DNA of 63,690 bases, counting the filler, from Olpidium bornovanus S191 (taxonomy: Eukaryota; Fungi; Olpidiomycota), in the NCBI GenBank assembly GCA_017911155.1. It is 26 parts of 26 records of this genome, joined end to end, with 100 filler letters (N's around TTAATTAATTAA, not from the genome) between each part and the next. Parts side by side here need not be neighbours in the genome. Positions count along the whole stretch, not along the records: positions 9,808 to 16,179 come from JAEFCI010006976.1; positions 16,280 to 18,165 come from JAEFCI010011610.1; positions 18,266 to 19,568 come from JAEFCI010010916.1; positions 19,669 to 20,853 come from JAEFCI010010878.1; positions 20,954 to 22,669 come from JAEFCI010011793.1; positions 22,770 to 25,604 come from JAEFCI010010939.1; 20 more parts are not named here. One strand, given 5' to 3'. Below, piece after piece: positions 11,001 to 25,604 of this stretch. Numbering within the stretch: the first letter of the stretch is position 1; each line of letters begins with the position of its first letter. The notes under the pieces were generated by a model that saw only the letters and a list, made by a program, of their open reading frames with translations, was not told where the DNA came from and made no database searches. A program made the position numbers and the translations under genes.

Positions 11001-13623
11001 CGAAGCATTGGCGGACATCGATGTGCTTGGTGCGTGCAGAACCGCTGGTACCTTCGGCGAGCAGCTCTGCACCGGTGTTATCGGCGAAGAAAAAAAGCGA
11101 GCAGGTCGCACGGCACTTTTTCGTAGCCTAGCCCAGAAAGGAGACGCGAAAGCCAAGAGGGTGGCGACACGAGCCATCTCCGACGGCCCAGCGTACTGAG
11201 CTTCCAACGTTTGAACAGGGTAACGCAACCGCCGCTTGACGGAGCTATAAAAGAATCGGCGTCTCCGGTGAGGGGAAAAATTGAGGTCCGTCTGGCTCTT
11301 GCGGTCACCGACTTGTCGCTCGCCCGGTCTGCATCAAACGAGCCCCCTTCAGGGTGGAGGAAAGTTCGCTGCGTGAAAAATGCGGGTCTGCGAGTTTGAG
11401 CTGCGGCGAAATCACAAACCTGTGCGAGATGGGTCCTGCGCAGGCTCCAATTGTTTGACACGATGCTGCTGATCTAACAACATATTATCGTTCGTAAAAT
11501 CCTGATACAAAATAAAATGAAACCATAGACCACCCGGGCTCCAAACTCAGTCTTGATCGCTTGTTTTGTCGCGAGCTATCAGGGTTAGATGTCTGCTGAC
11601 GAGGCCTACCCCTGCATCAAGCGTCAGAGCGCAGACGCTGACGGCGACGTTTCCCGTGATGCGCGGGTTGACGAAGCCAGGCGCTGCCGATACGGATACC
11701 TCAAAGTGCCTCTGCTCATACGCTCTGCGCAATTTTGCTGCAGGTGTCGAGCAAGAGCTGCTTAGATACCACGAGGCGGCTCCGTCGGCGGAATCTGACA
11801 AACGTTGTCATAACCTTGCTGAATCCAGTGGAAGAAGCAGGCGTTGCTCACGCAGAGCGTTTTGACGAAGGAATTTATCTCGTCGGCACAGCAGACGGAG
11901 GAGGAAGTCGAACGGGAAAGAGAGCGGGCAGAGGCGGCGGAGATAAGCGGTGAGGGAAAGCCGAACGCTCTGCCCCCTCCGCATCCCTTTCTCAATTTGC
12001 CCGACCCGGCTGATTCCATTTGTTCGTTTGGGAACTCCAGGAGTCCTTTTGTTCGGCTTCCACCACTCAACTACACGCTCGATTCACGGCTTAGGTAGTC
12101 CCCGAATGAGAAAAAACCATTCCTCAGATAATAATTGGCTGCTACTATATGAGTTGCGTGTTGCCGACCACAGGACAAACGGTAAAGCGGAAAATCTTTT
12201 AAATTGTCCGAGGTTATGAATCATCCGGCGTGGGCGGAAACGGCGAGGCTCCGGCGCCCGCCGGGGTTTCACGGTCGAATTGCAGGGGCCTTCTTTGCTT
12301 CTGTGCGGGCCAACAACTCTATTCTCTTCTCCCTTCACCGCCTTCCGGCTTGCTCTCCAGAGCGCGTCGCCCCGGCGGCTTTCTTTCCTGCTTGTTCGGA
12401 GTTGCGGGCGGGGGTTCCACTACGGATGCGGTTTTGCCGGGGCCGATTCTTTCTAAGCTGCCGGCGGAGAGCGCACGCGTTCGGGCGGTTTAGCTAGGTG
12501 ATTACTAAACATACCCTAACGCACCGAGGCGCCTTCTTTTCACTTTGTCCTCTCCCCCCCGCCCCCCCCCGAATTTTCTTGACGCTCCTGTCACGCTCCC
12601 ATATAAGCCCCGCACGGGGCAGATGTAAACAAAGCTTTCCCCCACCCCGTTCCTCGCACTCGCAACTACAAAATACAGAAAGCAAAAGTGCTACATTCTG
12701 CAGGTTAAAAGGGACCTGCCGCGAAATTCTGCTGGCGAAAAAAGTCCTTCCGCAAATTCTGCAGCGGGAAGACGCTGGCTTTAACGCCGCGCAATATTCC
12801 GCGGCAGAAAAACAAAAAGATAGGTTTTTTTTGCGGCTGCTTTTCAAATATCTGCCATCAGAATGCCGTCAGAACCCGCCTTTAAGATCTGCCCACCGAA
12901 TCCGCCGTTTCTGAACCGGCCTTGTGGAATCCGGGTTCTGAAGCTGCTCTCCGTATCCGCGTACCGAATCCCGCCCTCCGAATCTCCTTCAAAACGTGGC
13001 AGACCCTGCCTTGAATTCTGCCGAGCATTCTGCGGGAAAATCCTGTTTCCTGCAGCCGAAGAAAAGTATCTAACGGATTCGGCTGCTGTTTCCTTTTTTT
13101 CATCTTTTGCTTTTGTTTTCCCTCCGCACCCACACTACACCGCCGGGCGGATGCGCGACAGTCCCGTACATCGGGAACGGCCGGGAAACATTTGTTTCGT
13201 GCGAGAGACCACCCGAACATTTGTTCCACGGGCAGGAGAATACGAGAGGAGGGGGGAGTGGGGGGAGGGAGAGGTTGGGAAGAAGCTGATGTGAAATTTT
13301 TCGGAAAGAAAAAAAAAATTCGAAACGGAAAACGGAAACCGGCAGCGAATCACACAAACGACGCCGGAAACACGGGGAAAAAAAGGAAAGAAAAACGAAA
13401 GAAAAAAAGAAAAAAGGAAAAAAGAAAAATAAAATGAGTCGAATTTTGCGTCTCCCCCGGCTGTCCGTCGGGCAGGTTGCGGCGTTTACCTAGCTTAAAA
13501 AATAATGGTGGCGGTTGGAGCGGGGAGCGGGTATGGAAGCGAAATTGGGAAACGGGAGAAGATAGGGAAAAGAAATTCGGACAAGTCGCGCGCAGCACAA
13601 ATCCATTCGATGGGGCGGCGGCG

Positions 13624-16179
13624 CTACGCCGGCGTGGCGACGCGAGTGGGCGTCCCGGGGCCGTTCGCGCCGAACACCGCGCAGTCGAAGTCCCAACTGG
13701 CCAGCCACTTGGCGCGCTCGCACGCGGCGCGGGAGGTCGGGAGGCCGTAGGTGATAAAGCTGAAGCGTACGAACGCGTACAGGAACAGCGCCGCGCACAC
13801 GACGACGGCCGCCAAGCGGGCGGTCCAGCGAAGGCGGCGGATCGCGAGGTCGAACGCGCAGCAGGAGGCGAGGATGGCGAAGTAGAGCGCCGGAAAGTAG
13901 TGGTGCGCGAACAGCTGCCGGCGCATCAGGAAGAAAGGTCCGTAGTGGCACAGCCAGCCGGTGAAGAACAAACCCATCGTCGACTCGTACTGGGCGCGGA
14001 TTTCTGGAGCGTGCGGGGCCAAAGGATTTCAGCGGGGGGGGGGGGCAAGGGATCCTTCTCGCGGGTACGGGGACAGACAACCCACGGCCGGTCGGCCCCG
14101 GCGTGGCACTTCAGCCCACCTGGTCGATCCCTGTAACCTCTTTGCTTCCTGAGAGCAAGAACGAGCTTGGCCGCGGCAAACATCGATACCGACATAGTGG
14201 CCATCCACCAGACAAACGGATTGCCCAAAAGGTAGATTTGTTTCTGGTCTTTCGTCCAAAAGCTAATCCCGCGCGTGAGGAACGGCCAGGTGGCCGGTTT
14301 TGAGTCGAACGGGTGAGAATCTGTCAAGCCCTGGTTCGTGTTCCACATGACCTTGTGAAGCTCGAGGAATTTCCGGAGAAAACCAGGCTGATGGTAGTGC
14401 ACGACTTCGGCATCCTTCGGCACTGCAGCAATTGTTAGCCGGAGTCCTCCGCAATCGCAAACCCCAAAACGATGTGGGGACAAGCCCCAAGACACTCACA
14501 TTTGTCGTTGACGTTCTCGACGACCCTCCAGAGAGTCTTAGGTCTTTTGGGGCTCTTCATGCACGTGACTTCCTGCTGCCCGAATGCGTAATCTGGAAGC
14601 TTGATTGAATGCGAAAACAAGTGACAGTTTGTGCCGACGTGCACCAGGCGGAACTTGGAGTGTATCGCGCGAACTCGCCTTGCCGATTCCGAATCGCTTG
14701 GGTCGCTCTCCAAGATCTCCAGACGCCAATAATCATTAGAATCGCCGGCGAAATTTTCCGCCCCATACGCACTGGCCGGGGCACGCCGTTCCCAAAACTA
14801 CGTGAGCGCGGGAATAGCGGGGGCTGCCTCGCGATCAACAAGAATCGCAGCGGGAAAAGCCTTGTAAAAAGGAAACGAACCTAACTTCGTTGTGGTTTTC
14901 GTTTTCAGTGACAGGCGGCCGGTGATCATGACTGTGCAGGTGCCTGTGTGTGCTTACGTGCTCGAGGCGGATAACGTCACCGTTCATCACCCATTCTGGT
15001 TCCGTCGAGTTCATCGGCTGCCCGATCTTCTTCTTGATGAGGAAATATGAGTTGTCGTCTCGGTGGGGATACAGAGTTATCTGTTGCTCTAGGTTAAAAG
15101 AGTTTGATCGGGCCCGTTGGACATTACCAACCACGTTCGCGCGCAAAATGGCGACCATGATACTTGGCACCCACGTTTGCTGCCCGTCAAATAATTATGC
15201 GGATGACTGTGGAGGTATCCCCCGTTGGTCGCGACGTGGCTGATGAACACCTTCGACCCATACGCAACATCCGCGACGGTCGACGGCAAATGTATCCCGC
15301 GGAGGGTGTGCTGAAATTCGGCGCTCATAAAGCCGTTCCCCTCCCCCGAATTCGGCAGGGTCAAAAAGTGCAGTTCGAAGAAGAACATGTAAATTACGGT
15401 CGGAAGGACGGCGAGGCAAAGAGCCCGGGCAAGGAAGTGTTGGACGAGCGTTCCCTGACAAGGATCACGTCGGTGATCGTAAGGCGTAAGGAAGCATCTC
15501 GGTTACCGGACAGCAGCGCACAGATTAGAATCGCCAAAGCGCCCCATTTACCGGTTTGATTCGCACGTCTCCCAGGAGAACCCACAGGTCTTTGATCGTG
15601 TGCAAGCCGACGAGTGCCATGGTGAACAAGCCGACCCATTTAACGCTGCGGAACAATGTCGTCGCCGAATCAGCCAGGCATCTAAAACGTTCAGGCCATA
15701 CCGCATAGATCACAAGGCATATCGGTACCTCACGGCCAAACCAAGGGCGACTCCGGTCATCGTCAACCAGAACCACCATTCAAAGCTAAACGACCTGCAA
15801 ATTCCGACACAAACGGCTCGGTAGCCTTGCCATCGGGAAACGTTGCCTCCCGCGACTCGATCTGTTACAAAACTCACCAGCGCTGCCATCGTCGGAAGCT
15901 GACCCACATCAACAGAGCGAGAGCAATGAAAAAGATCAACGGCGAGTCGAGTAGTATATGCCTGGACTGGGTTGTAAGCCCGTTCTCTGGCATCCCGAGG
16001 CCCAAAGCGTGAGCGACGCCCCGCACCCGCTGCGACTGCGAATCCCGGCGTTCAACCCTCCATACCGAACAAAACAGCAAGGCCGGCAAATGCGGACGCC
16101 TGAGTGGAACATCCCGATCGCCGAGCCGTCAGGTACGCTGTCGGCACAAGCGCACCGCCCATCACAGCCGGCATCATGC
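13624..16179 (-). CDS. PMT1: Dolichyl-phosphate-mannose-protein O-mannosyltransferase (Pmt1 subfamily), multi-exon, 5' truncated
   Basis: ENGLTTQSRHILLDSPLIFF, VKWVGLFTMALVG, MIR repeats GGYLHSHPHNY / IRLEHVSTHRHLHSHD / FRLVHVGTNCHLFS, FLRKFLELHKVMW, IYLLGNPFVWW, FLMRRQLFAHHYFPALYFAI. Confidence 0.93.
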
Positions 16180-16538
16180 NNNNNNNNNNNNNNNNNNNNN
16201 NNNNNNNNNNNNNNNNNNNNNNNTTAATTAATTAANNNNNNNNNNNNNNNNNNNNNNNNNNNNNNNNNNNNNNNNNNNNCATGATTGTGCCGACAGGAGG
16301 AAGTACAAAAGGAGGTGTGAGTGTGTGCAATGCGGAAACAAATTGCGGTACGAACAACTAAGAGATAGAGGCGAGGAGGGAGGACACAACGTTCGAACAG
16401 CGCAGGCTTCACATCCTGCAGAATCCACACACAGCTCCTGCCTGGACTGCAGGCATTGACCACACAACCCTCCTTTGGTCGCAGGGGCGTTTCTGAAACA
16501 AGTCGAGAGAAAACGGTGGCGAGATGCACGCGGGCCGA

Positions 16539-17860
<1,322 letters not shown>

Positions 17861-18265
17861 AGCTGCAAAAAAAAAAGAGGAACAAAAAAAAATAATTCAG
17901 CACTTGGAGCGGCGGCGAGCGAAGGGGACGCGCCCGGTTTGGCGGGAATGCGTGTACCGGCGCAGTTGCCACGTAGCGCGAACGGGAGTTGACGCGGGGC
18001 GAGGAAATCGCCGGGGCTGCGCTCTCTCGGGACAGAAGCTTGCACGCCGCCAGGGGAAGGGCCGCGGCGTTTGAGGCGGGGGGGGGGGGGGGGGAGGTGG
18101 GGGGGGGGGGGCGGGTATGGGTGGTGGTAGGTTGCGCGTGTGTGATAATTATTATTTCACAAAGANNNNNNNNNNNNNNNNNNNNNNNNNNNNNNNNNNN
18201 NNNNNNNNNTTAATTAATTAANNNNNNNNNNNNNNNNNNNNNNNNNNNNNNNNNNNNNNNNNNNN

Positions 18266-18452
18266 CCATGGTATAGAAGCAGGCATTCTCGTGTGCGGCC
18301 AGTCGGTATGTGAGGTAGGTGGCATCGGCGGCCGGCGCGAGCATCGATGTCGCCGTCACCAGCAGCAGCAGCAGCGGCAGCGGCAGCTGCGGGGGCAGCA
18401 ATATCAACCGCCCCGGCCTATAGGCCCGCACGAGATTCCGCGGCGGCGTCAT
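18266..18452 (-). CDS. p24/EMP24-family (GOLD) cargo receptor, 5' fragment
   Basis: Leu-rich signal peptide followed by ATYLTYRLAAHENACFYT, matching the N-terminus of fungal p24 proteins; cut by the contig end. Confidence 0.7.
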
Positions 18453-19668
18453 CAGACGCGGTTTCGGCCGGCGTGGAAGACGGTTCCCTGCGGCCGGGGG
18501 CTGTGCGGTTTCGCTTTTCGCGCGGGCAACGCACTGGAGCTGGTGTGCTTCCGGGGCGCGGCGGAGAGTTTTTTTTTTTTTTTCCTGCGGGGATGAGAGA
18601 AGGGCGCGGCGAGGCGGGGGAGAGGGGAGGGGAGGGGGAGAGGGAGGGATGGACGCGCGCGCACGCGTGGGGGGTAAAAGGGAAATGATTAGGTGAAAGA
18701 GGGGGAATGCGCTCTCAACCTGCGTTGATTGGTCACGGTGGCGTCGCGTTCCCTCAGAAACCCAGCCAGTTCTGAACGGATCAGTCTGAACAATCGGCCA
18801 AGAAATCCAGATTTTTTCAGATGGGGGAAGCGGCAGGTGGTAACCGAGGGAGATGTTCGGGGAGTGGCTCTGGTTGGTTTGCCGACGTTGTTTGGAGGTT
18901 GCGTGGAGGGCGTAAAGGGATGGAAGGGCACTTTCCCCGTGGGCTGGCCGCCACAGCTGCGGGACTGCCATGGGAACGCTTGACCGGGGGGGACTCAGAA
19001 GGGACCATCCAGGAATGGCACTGCGTCAAGATGTTAAACAGCTGCGCTTTATCGTTTTACATGGTAGCAACGCCCCGTTCTGACCTAGGAAGCGCCGCCA
19101 CCGCCGTCCGCCGTTGCCGTCCGCTGCGCCACCCGTCCGCCGCGCCAACCGTCCGCCGCGCCCCTCGCCTTCCGCCGCGCCGCGCCGCCGCCCCGCTCCC
19201 ATCGTCCGCCCTCCCGTCGTTGTTGCCCTCCCGTGATTGTTGTCCGCCATGTCACACCGTCCACCGCCAACCCCCGTCGCTGCCCGCCGCGCCCACCGCC
19301 ACTCGCCGTTGTTGTCCGCCGTGTGCACCGCCGTCACTCCACCGCGCGCGTTCTCATTAATTGCATCGACCAGCATTATTACGGTTCAAGGCATTACTCC
19401 ACTACTTCCAGCTGTAAATCTTATACAGAATCCATTTATAGATACCCCATGGGCACGGGGGCCGCAAACAAGTTCTCCCCTGCTCATCCGTCAAGTTTTT
19501 GATTGCGTGTTTCAAAAAAATTTTCGCTACCTCCCCAACGTCCCATCAATCCATCAATCCATTTCCGGNNNNNNNNNNNNNNNNNNNNNNNNNNNNNNNN
19601 NNNNNNNNNNNNTTAATTAATTAANNNNNNNNNNNNNNNNNNNNNNNNNNNNNNNNNNNNNNNNNNNN

Positions 19669-20260
19669 CATGTCGCGCCCGAGTGAGGATTGATCCTAAA
19701 TTTAGAAATTCTGGGCCTTTGACGCGGTTTCTGCTGCAGATGCCGCTGTTTCGTCGACAGTTTACAAATGTCCAGCACTTCTTCGGCGGTGCGAACACAC
19801 TATCACAAGTTCATCGATTTCTTCATTATTATCACCCAACTGCTTTACGCATTGGCCAAAACCGCGCCCTCCGGTGCGCCGTTCGAGTGGCCCCTTAGTC
19901 TTACCCCAGGATTGTGTGATCTCTTTATCCAGGGGAAAAAAGCAGTTTTGCTTCTATAAGGAGGAAGAACAATTATTACAAGAGCCGATACATTTTATCT
20001 CGCGGCGATCGGAGCACAGTTTCACCTCGTGAGAGGCACCCGGCCGACATTTCCTTTGCTGTCAACTTGCCAACAAGATGCAGCGCGATACCGGCTACGA
20101 GGCGTTGGAATGGCACAAAGTGCTTCAAACTTTACCTCAATGGAACGGAAAAGCTCGGCCTTCTCTATGACGCAAAGCAAAACCCACAGATTGTTGGTAT
20201 ATGCCCAACGCGGGACACCGGTATGACCTCCTGTTCGGGGCTAAATCACAACGCAGACGT
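19669..20260 (+). mobile_element. Degenerate Ty1/copia reverse-transcriptase C-terminal remnant
   Basis: Across frameshifts: KEEEQLL..YLAAIGAQFHLVRGTRPDISFAVNLPTRCSAIPATRRWNGTKCFKLYLNGTEKLGLLY, matching the copia YLSAIGALMYL..TRPDIAFAVNLL..RHWNG.K..FRYL.GT..GL.Y consensus. Confidence 0.75.
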
Positions 20261-20799
20261 GCATGCGTAATGCGCACGCGTAAAGGAGGAGCCGTCTCCT
20301 GTAAGTTTGAGCGAACAGGTGCTGAACGCTGCGCTTTCACATCATGCAGAAATAATTGTGCTCCACGAGGCTACTCGGGAGATGCCGTTGGCTTACACTC
20401 TATCGAAAGGCAAAGCACGTTCGCGTCAATTCAGGCGTCCCGTTTGACAGCGTGCCGACTGCGCCTCTATGAGGATAAGACGGTGTGGCTTTTGACCGCC
20501 GTTTTCCCTTTTATGATTCAGCAAAGCACGCAGGCGTGGTGACGGGGGGGGGGAGGGGCGGAGGGTAGGCGCTGCGGGCGGAGGGGAGGGGGCGCGCGGA
20601 GCGGGGTGCTTTCGTTGGGCGTTTGTTGACGGGGCGGAGGGGGGGCGGGGGCGGCGGCTTCGAAGAAGGGAGGAAGAAAAAAAAACAAAAAAAAAACAAA
20701 AAAAAACAAAAAAAGATAAAAAAACCCCCTGAAAAAGCAAACACAAACACACGCGCGTCGTTTCTTCCACACCCCTCCCCTCCCCCCCCCCCCCCCCCC

Positions 20800-20850
<51 letters not shown>

Positions 20851-20953
20851 CTCNNNNNNNNNNNNNNNNNNNNNNNNNNNNNNNNNNNNNNNNNNNNTTA
20901 ATTAATTAANNNNNNNNNNNNNNNNNNNNNNNNNNNNNNNNNNNNNNNNNNNN

Positions 20954-21933
20954 ACCGGCGACGCGCTGTGGCTTGGGGTACGTGTTTCGCGGCATCGTGT
21001 GCCGGGTGACAGTCAAGTGCTGAACTGTATCATCGTGCTACCACTCGCAGCCGGATTCGACCGGGCAATTCATGTCGGTGATTGTCAAGTCCATCCAGCG
21101 CAAGCGAGTCAACGTTCCGCTTGCCATGGCCGGCCAGTCGGCCTCATTCGGCCTGAAGAAGGTTCGACGGTCCATGATCCGCAAGGGGATGGTCATGCTT
21201 GGCAAGAGCATGGATCCGCCACCGCAGGCTTGCCGCGATTTTGAGGCTGAGGTTTTGGTGCTCTATCACAGCACTACGATCGCGCCTAAGTATCAGGCCA
21301 TGGTGCACTGCGGGGTGAGTCCTATTCCAGCTTTGTCAGTTTCGACGGGCGGACGCCTTCGAAACCTACGCTGCGCTTGCTCTATCTGCGGCACACGCGG
21401 TGACGTTTCTTCTGTTGTGTGCGCCAGCCCGTCCGGCAAACTGCCAAGATCGTGGGCCTCAGCAAGCAAATACTGCGAACGGGAGACCGCGCTCTTGTCC
21501 ACTTTCAATGTAAGCGTTGTCGTTTCATTCCCTCCCACGCCTGTCATCAGCCTCTGCGCCTGCCTCTATAGGGGATTCTGCGCAACCCCGACCTGCCACA
21601 TCGCAACCCGGGCGCGCCTAAATTACTATGGCACGTTGATTTTTATGAACTGGGCTTTAGTCATATCACTGCCAGAGTACCTGAAGCCTGGGACGAGGCT
21701 GGTAAGTCACGGACTGCTCCGCACCCGCTTTCTTTGGAACCTGTTTGCTGACATCAGACCGGTTCGCACCCGCGCGCACGGCTCTCTCGTCGGGCCAGCT
21801 GTTTCGCGAAGGCCGGACGAAGGGTGTCGGGATTGTCAAAAGGTGCCTGTTTTCCTCCGAAACGCTTCCGTACGACTCGCCGGAAGCCGCCGCCCCCTCA
21901 CCGAAGGCGGCTAAGAAGCGGCTCAAAGCGTGA
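20954..21933 (+). CDS. GTPBP1: GTP-binding protein 1/2 (translational GTPase), C-terminal domains II-III, 5' truncated
   Basis: LWLG|[74 protein letters not shown]|[19 protein letters not shown]|[14 protein letters not shown]|[11 protein letters not shown]. Confidence 0.9.
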
Positions 21934-22399
21934 GAGGTGGCAAATGCAAACCGTTTTTTTTTTCTTGCGTGGGAGACGGGGTGCGACAGGCGTTTTTCCT
22001 GTGTATCGTCTACCCTTTTCCGTCAAACCCCCCCTCCCCTCTTCCCACACACCTTCGGGGTCCCCCGAGAGTTAGCCTCTTTTCCCAACCATTCGGCAAA
22101 GCACGTCGACCTAGAGAATCACAAGATGTCCAAAACTAAATCTTGAATCGCACCAGAGGGCGTTGTCCCCCCCCGGTCCTTGACGTTCGGACGCTCTGTT
22201 GTTGTTGTTGTGGCAGAGCCAGGAACCGTGGAAAAGGGATGATAGGCCGCAAACGAAATCCCCGGCGGGGCGCAGAAGATAACGGGATCTGGTTTTTTTT
22301 TTTGGTTTTGTCTTTTGGGAGTATGGGGAGGTGTTCTAACACTTCTAAATTTTAGTCGCAGAGCAGCGGATGCGAATACCACGAAGGCAGTTTTTGTCC

Positions 22400-22669
22400 C
22401 AACTGGGCGCTGCGGAACTTCTTTCTTGTCGGCTGTCCAACACCCCCGAAAACTGAGGAGACGGCGGGTGCACCGCACTTGCACCATATATATAACTCCA
22501 CCTACTACAGATTTTGCCCGAGTGGGGACGACCGGAGATTGGTGGGGGCATGATTCGGAAAGCTCGCTCCGCATTTGCGAGAAATCGGCAAGAGAAAGAT
22601 CAGAGTACTCTTTCTCGCGATTAAGGTAGGCCAGTTCCTCACGCGACCACACCTCGGCGACGGTCGGGA
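22400..22669 (-). CDS. Unidentified coding fragment at contig end
   Basis: Open PTVAEVWSREELAYLNREKE followed by a possible GTACTC donor; family not recognised. Confidence 0.25.
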
Positions 22670-25399
22670 NNNNNNNNNNNNNNNNNNNNNNNNNNNNNNN
22701 NNNNNNNNNNNNNTTAATTAATTAANNNNNNNNNNNNNNNNNNNNNNNNNNNNNNNNNNNNNNNNNNNNCATGCTTTTACTATCGCGGAATTTCCGCCGG
22801 TCCCGGCCTGTACGATTGCGGAAGCGACACCTTTTTAGGCGCTACTTCTGCCGTACGCCAAGCGCAGCCATTTTTCCGGATGGTATTCTTCGCGGTTTCG
22901 CCATAGCGACATACGCGGCCGAGCGACACACGCACGCAGCCTAGGGTGCGGCAAATAGGAAACCACACTCGCACCGGACGCGACATCGGAGCGTGCGGAA
23001 ATGGCGGCCGGCTGGTTACTTTGCCGCGCCCGCCAGCCAACGCACTTCTGCCGGGGAGCCGTAACCGCGTGCTTAGTTACGGCGTCAGCGAGCACGCCTT
23101 AACATTCGTGGCAAGTTGTCGTTAACAAAGGCGGCAGAGACGTCTGTCTCACCCGCCCGACCCGTGTCGGCAAACCTCCCGGGCTGCCGTCCCTTCTGGA
23201 GGTCGGCCTATGAGCTCAACATGGAGACAGCGGCCGAGCTCTGTTGTACAGTCCATGCCCTGAGGTGCCCAGCTGAAGTGAGAGGCGGGGTCTGTCGAGA
23301 GCGGCGTTGCATGGTGAGCCAAACAAACCTGTTTAAGCGACGCGCCCAAGCCTTCCGCCACCGACCTCTGCCGGAGACCCGCGCGTGAGCACTGGCCCGT
23401 GGCCAACTTATCGCGGGCGGATTGGAAGGTCGGCGCACAGCAGGAGAATAACACTTGCAGCTTTGCCAGCGCGGGGCGTCAGAGACAGCGCGCCATCAGC
23501 GAACTGCATCAGGACGATCACGCGGGCGGCGGCGGCGGCGCCCGGGGGGTGCGGACGGGCAGGAACGCGCCAAACGCCGAGCGACCGTAATTCCGTCACA
23601 GATTCCCAAAGAACGAACCTCGGCCGCCATAGTACCGGCGTACGGCAGGCGCGGCGTGATACTCGTTCGCCCAATTTCGAATGCCGTAAGCGCACGGACG
23701 CTGGCCCTCGTCTCCTGGGAGCAACAACCCCCCCAGTCTGGCCAGCTGGTCACCTGGGCGGAGAAGTAAATAGTTACCGTAGTATTGGAGTCTTATTTGA
23801 TGTATATGTATATTGTATGATATTCCATTTCGAACGTACTAAAATGTATTGCCGAGTACCTCTACTATAATAAATGCCGAGAAGCCCGGGAACCGCGATG
23901 CGGCCGGGCGGGCGGCGGCCGCTGCATTCTTCGCGGCGGCCATCTCGCGGCACTCTTGTTGGCCGGCAGCGGACGGCCATCCGTGGCGCGAAAAGGACGT
24001 GACGCGCTGGTGGTCGGACGCCGCCATCAAGTCTGCCGAGCCGGGTAAACGAGTAAGTACGGCTCTCCCGGTCCCGGTGCTCTGTCGTGGCGCGCAGCAG
24101 GCCCTGTCAGCAGACCAGGCTTTGATGGATACCGCCGTAAATGTGGGGGACCGTGCTAAGGTCCGCGCCGCCTCATAGAGCGCAATAACGAAACTGTCCG
24201 GAAAACGAGCCGCAGCTGCCCCAAAGCAAAGTGTCTAAGAGCAACTGGCGCAACGTCACCCATTTCTGGCGCAGTCGCCATCGCGGACGCCCGGCCGGTT
24301 TCTTGTGATAACCCCCCGCTCGTTCTCCGACGGCAAGCAATCCGCTGCTGGCTGCCACCTTTCCTTGATCTTTTTGATGCCAGCGGTGCAATGCGGGGAG
24401 TTACCTCGGAAGGTTTGATTTTGCGAACTACCCTCCGTGACGATGAACAAATGCAAATCTCGTAACCATTTGCGCGGCATGATAGTGGCGGCCGCCCCGC
24501 GCGGGGCTCACCGCCGCCCCCGTAGTGGTCGGCGATGTAGACCAAACAGCGGCCGCCGAAGTCGCCCGGACGTAACGTGCTCGCAATCCCACGCACATAT
24601 GTGTTCGCTCTGCGAATCTTCTTGTTAAACAACCCTGCGCTTTCCCCCTCTAGCCGTCGTCGCTGCCGCCCTCGATTGCAACTCAGTCGCCCGCCCGGTC
24701 GCAGCAGTGCTTGCAGTGTCGCTCGCCGCAACCCTTGCCATATCGCTTGCTGGTCGTAGGCGTTTTTGGTGCCGTAACCAATGCCATCCGGCTATCGAGA
24801 AGCAAACCATCCTTGGAGTTAAGTCGAAGACGACAATTGGAGTTGTTTGGGTTCCTCAGAACCAATTGCCTTGTGCAACAACCCCTTCGGCGATAAGGGC
24901 TGCCCCTCGTGTCCTGTCTCGCAACCAAGCGGTTCCTCTCTTTTCGGCGTCCATTTTGGCAGTCCCCTCGGCGTGATCAGCCGCCACTGCAACCGCTGTC
25001 CACGCTATGGTAACGATGAGCTCTCTGCCACAGCATCCCCGTGTCTGCCTTTTGCGTTAGGGAGGGAAGGAAGGTGTACGGCTTTGCCTGCGAAGCGAAC
25101 ATAACGGGGCGCCGACAAAGTCCAAGAGTAATCCAACGTTTTCACGGGTGTGCGCGTACGGCGGAAAGCGCGTCTTTCGTCCGGAGCCTTCCTCCCTTTC
25201 CCCAACCCACACACCCCGCCATCAACGTTTGAAACAGGGGCGTTGGCTTTGTCCTCCTCGTCCTTGACACCAGACATCCGTCGTGGTTTGGAATGATTTT
25301 TGAGAGCCAACTGGGATGCTAGGTGCAGGTGGACTGCCCAACGCATTTTTACATCCGGCGCCCTCTCAGACTGCGTCCTTCCCGAGTTTTGGCTTTCTC

Positions 25400-25604
25400 G
25401 GTATAATAATATTATTATTTTTATTTCTACCAAGGTTATTGGTTAATATCTTGTTGGTTCAATTCATATTATAGGAAATGGCTCATGTAATTAATTTATA
25501 TATTTTTGGTTCAACTCCAATTTAGGGTAGTACCAAAAATACAAGTATTAAATATAATCCATATAAAGGGATAATTGATATTCTTTCAGTCCATTTGTGT
25601 TTCA
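25400..25604. other. AT-rich island, possible mitochondrial insertion (NUMT) or foreign DNA
   Basis: Abrupt switch from GC-rich to strongly AT-rich sequence, with Ile/Asn/Leu/Tyr-rich translations. Confidence 0.35.

Noticed and set aside
10340-11450. Coding-like, stop-riddled stretch suggestive of a gag remnant
   Set aside because: No diagnostic motif (zinc knuckle, protease, RT) found.
11730-11960. Possible exon LTQSVLTKEFISSAQQTEEEVERERERAEAAEIS ending at GTGAGG
   Set aside because: Isolated and unidentifiable; not enough for a call.
22770-25350. Hints of a non-LTR retrotransposon (VLMQFADG on minus; TRWW and LFGFLR on plus)
   Set aside because: Motifs lie on opposite strands with wrong spacing; consistent with chance in GC-rich DNA.
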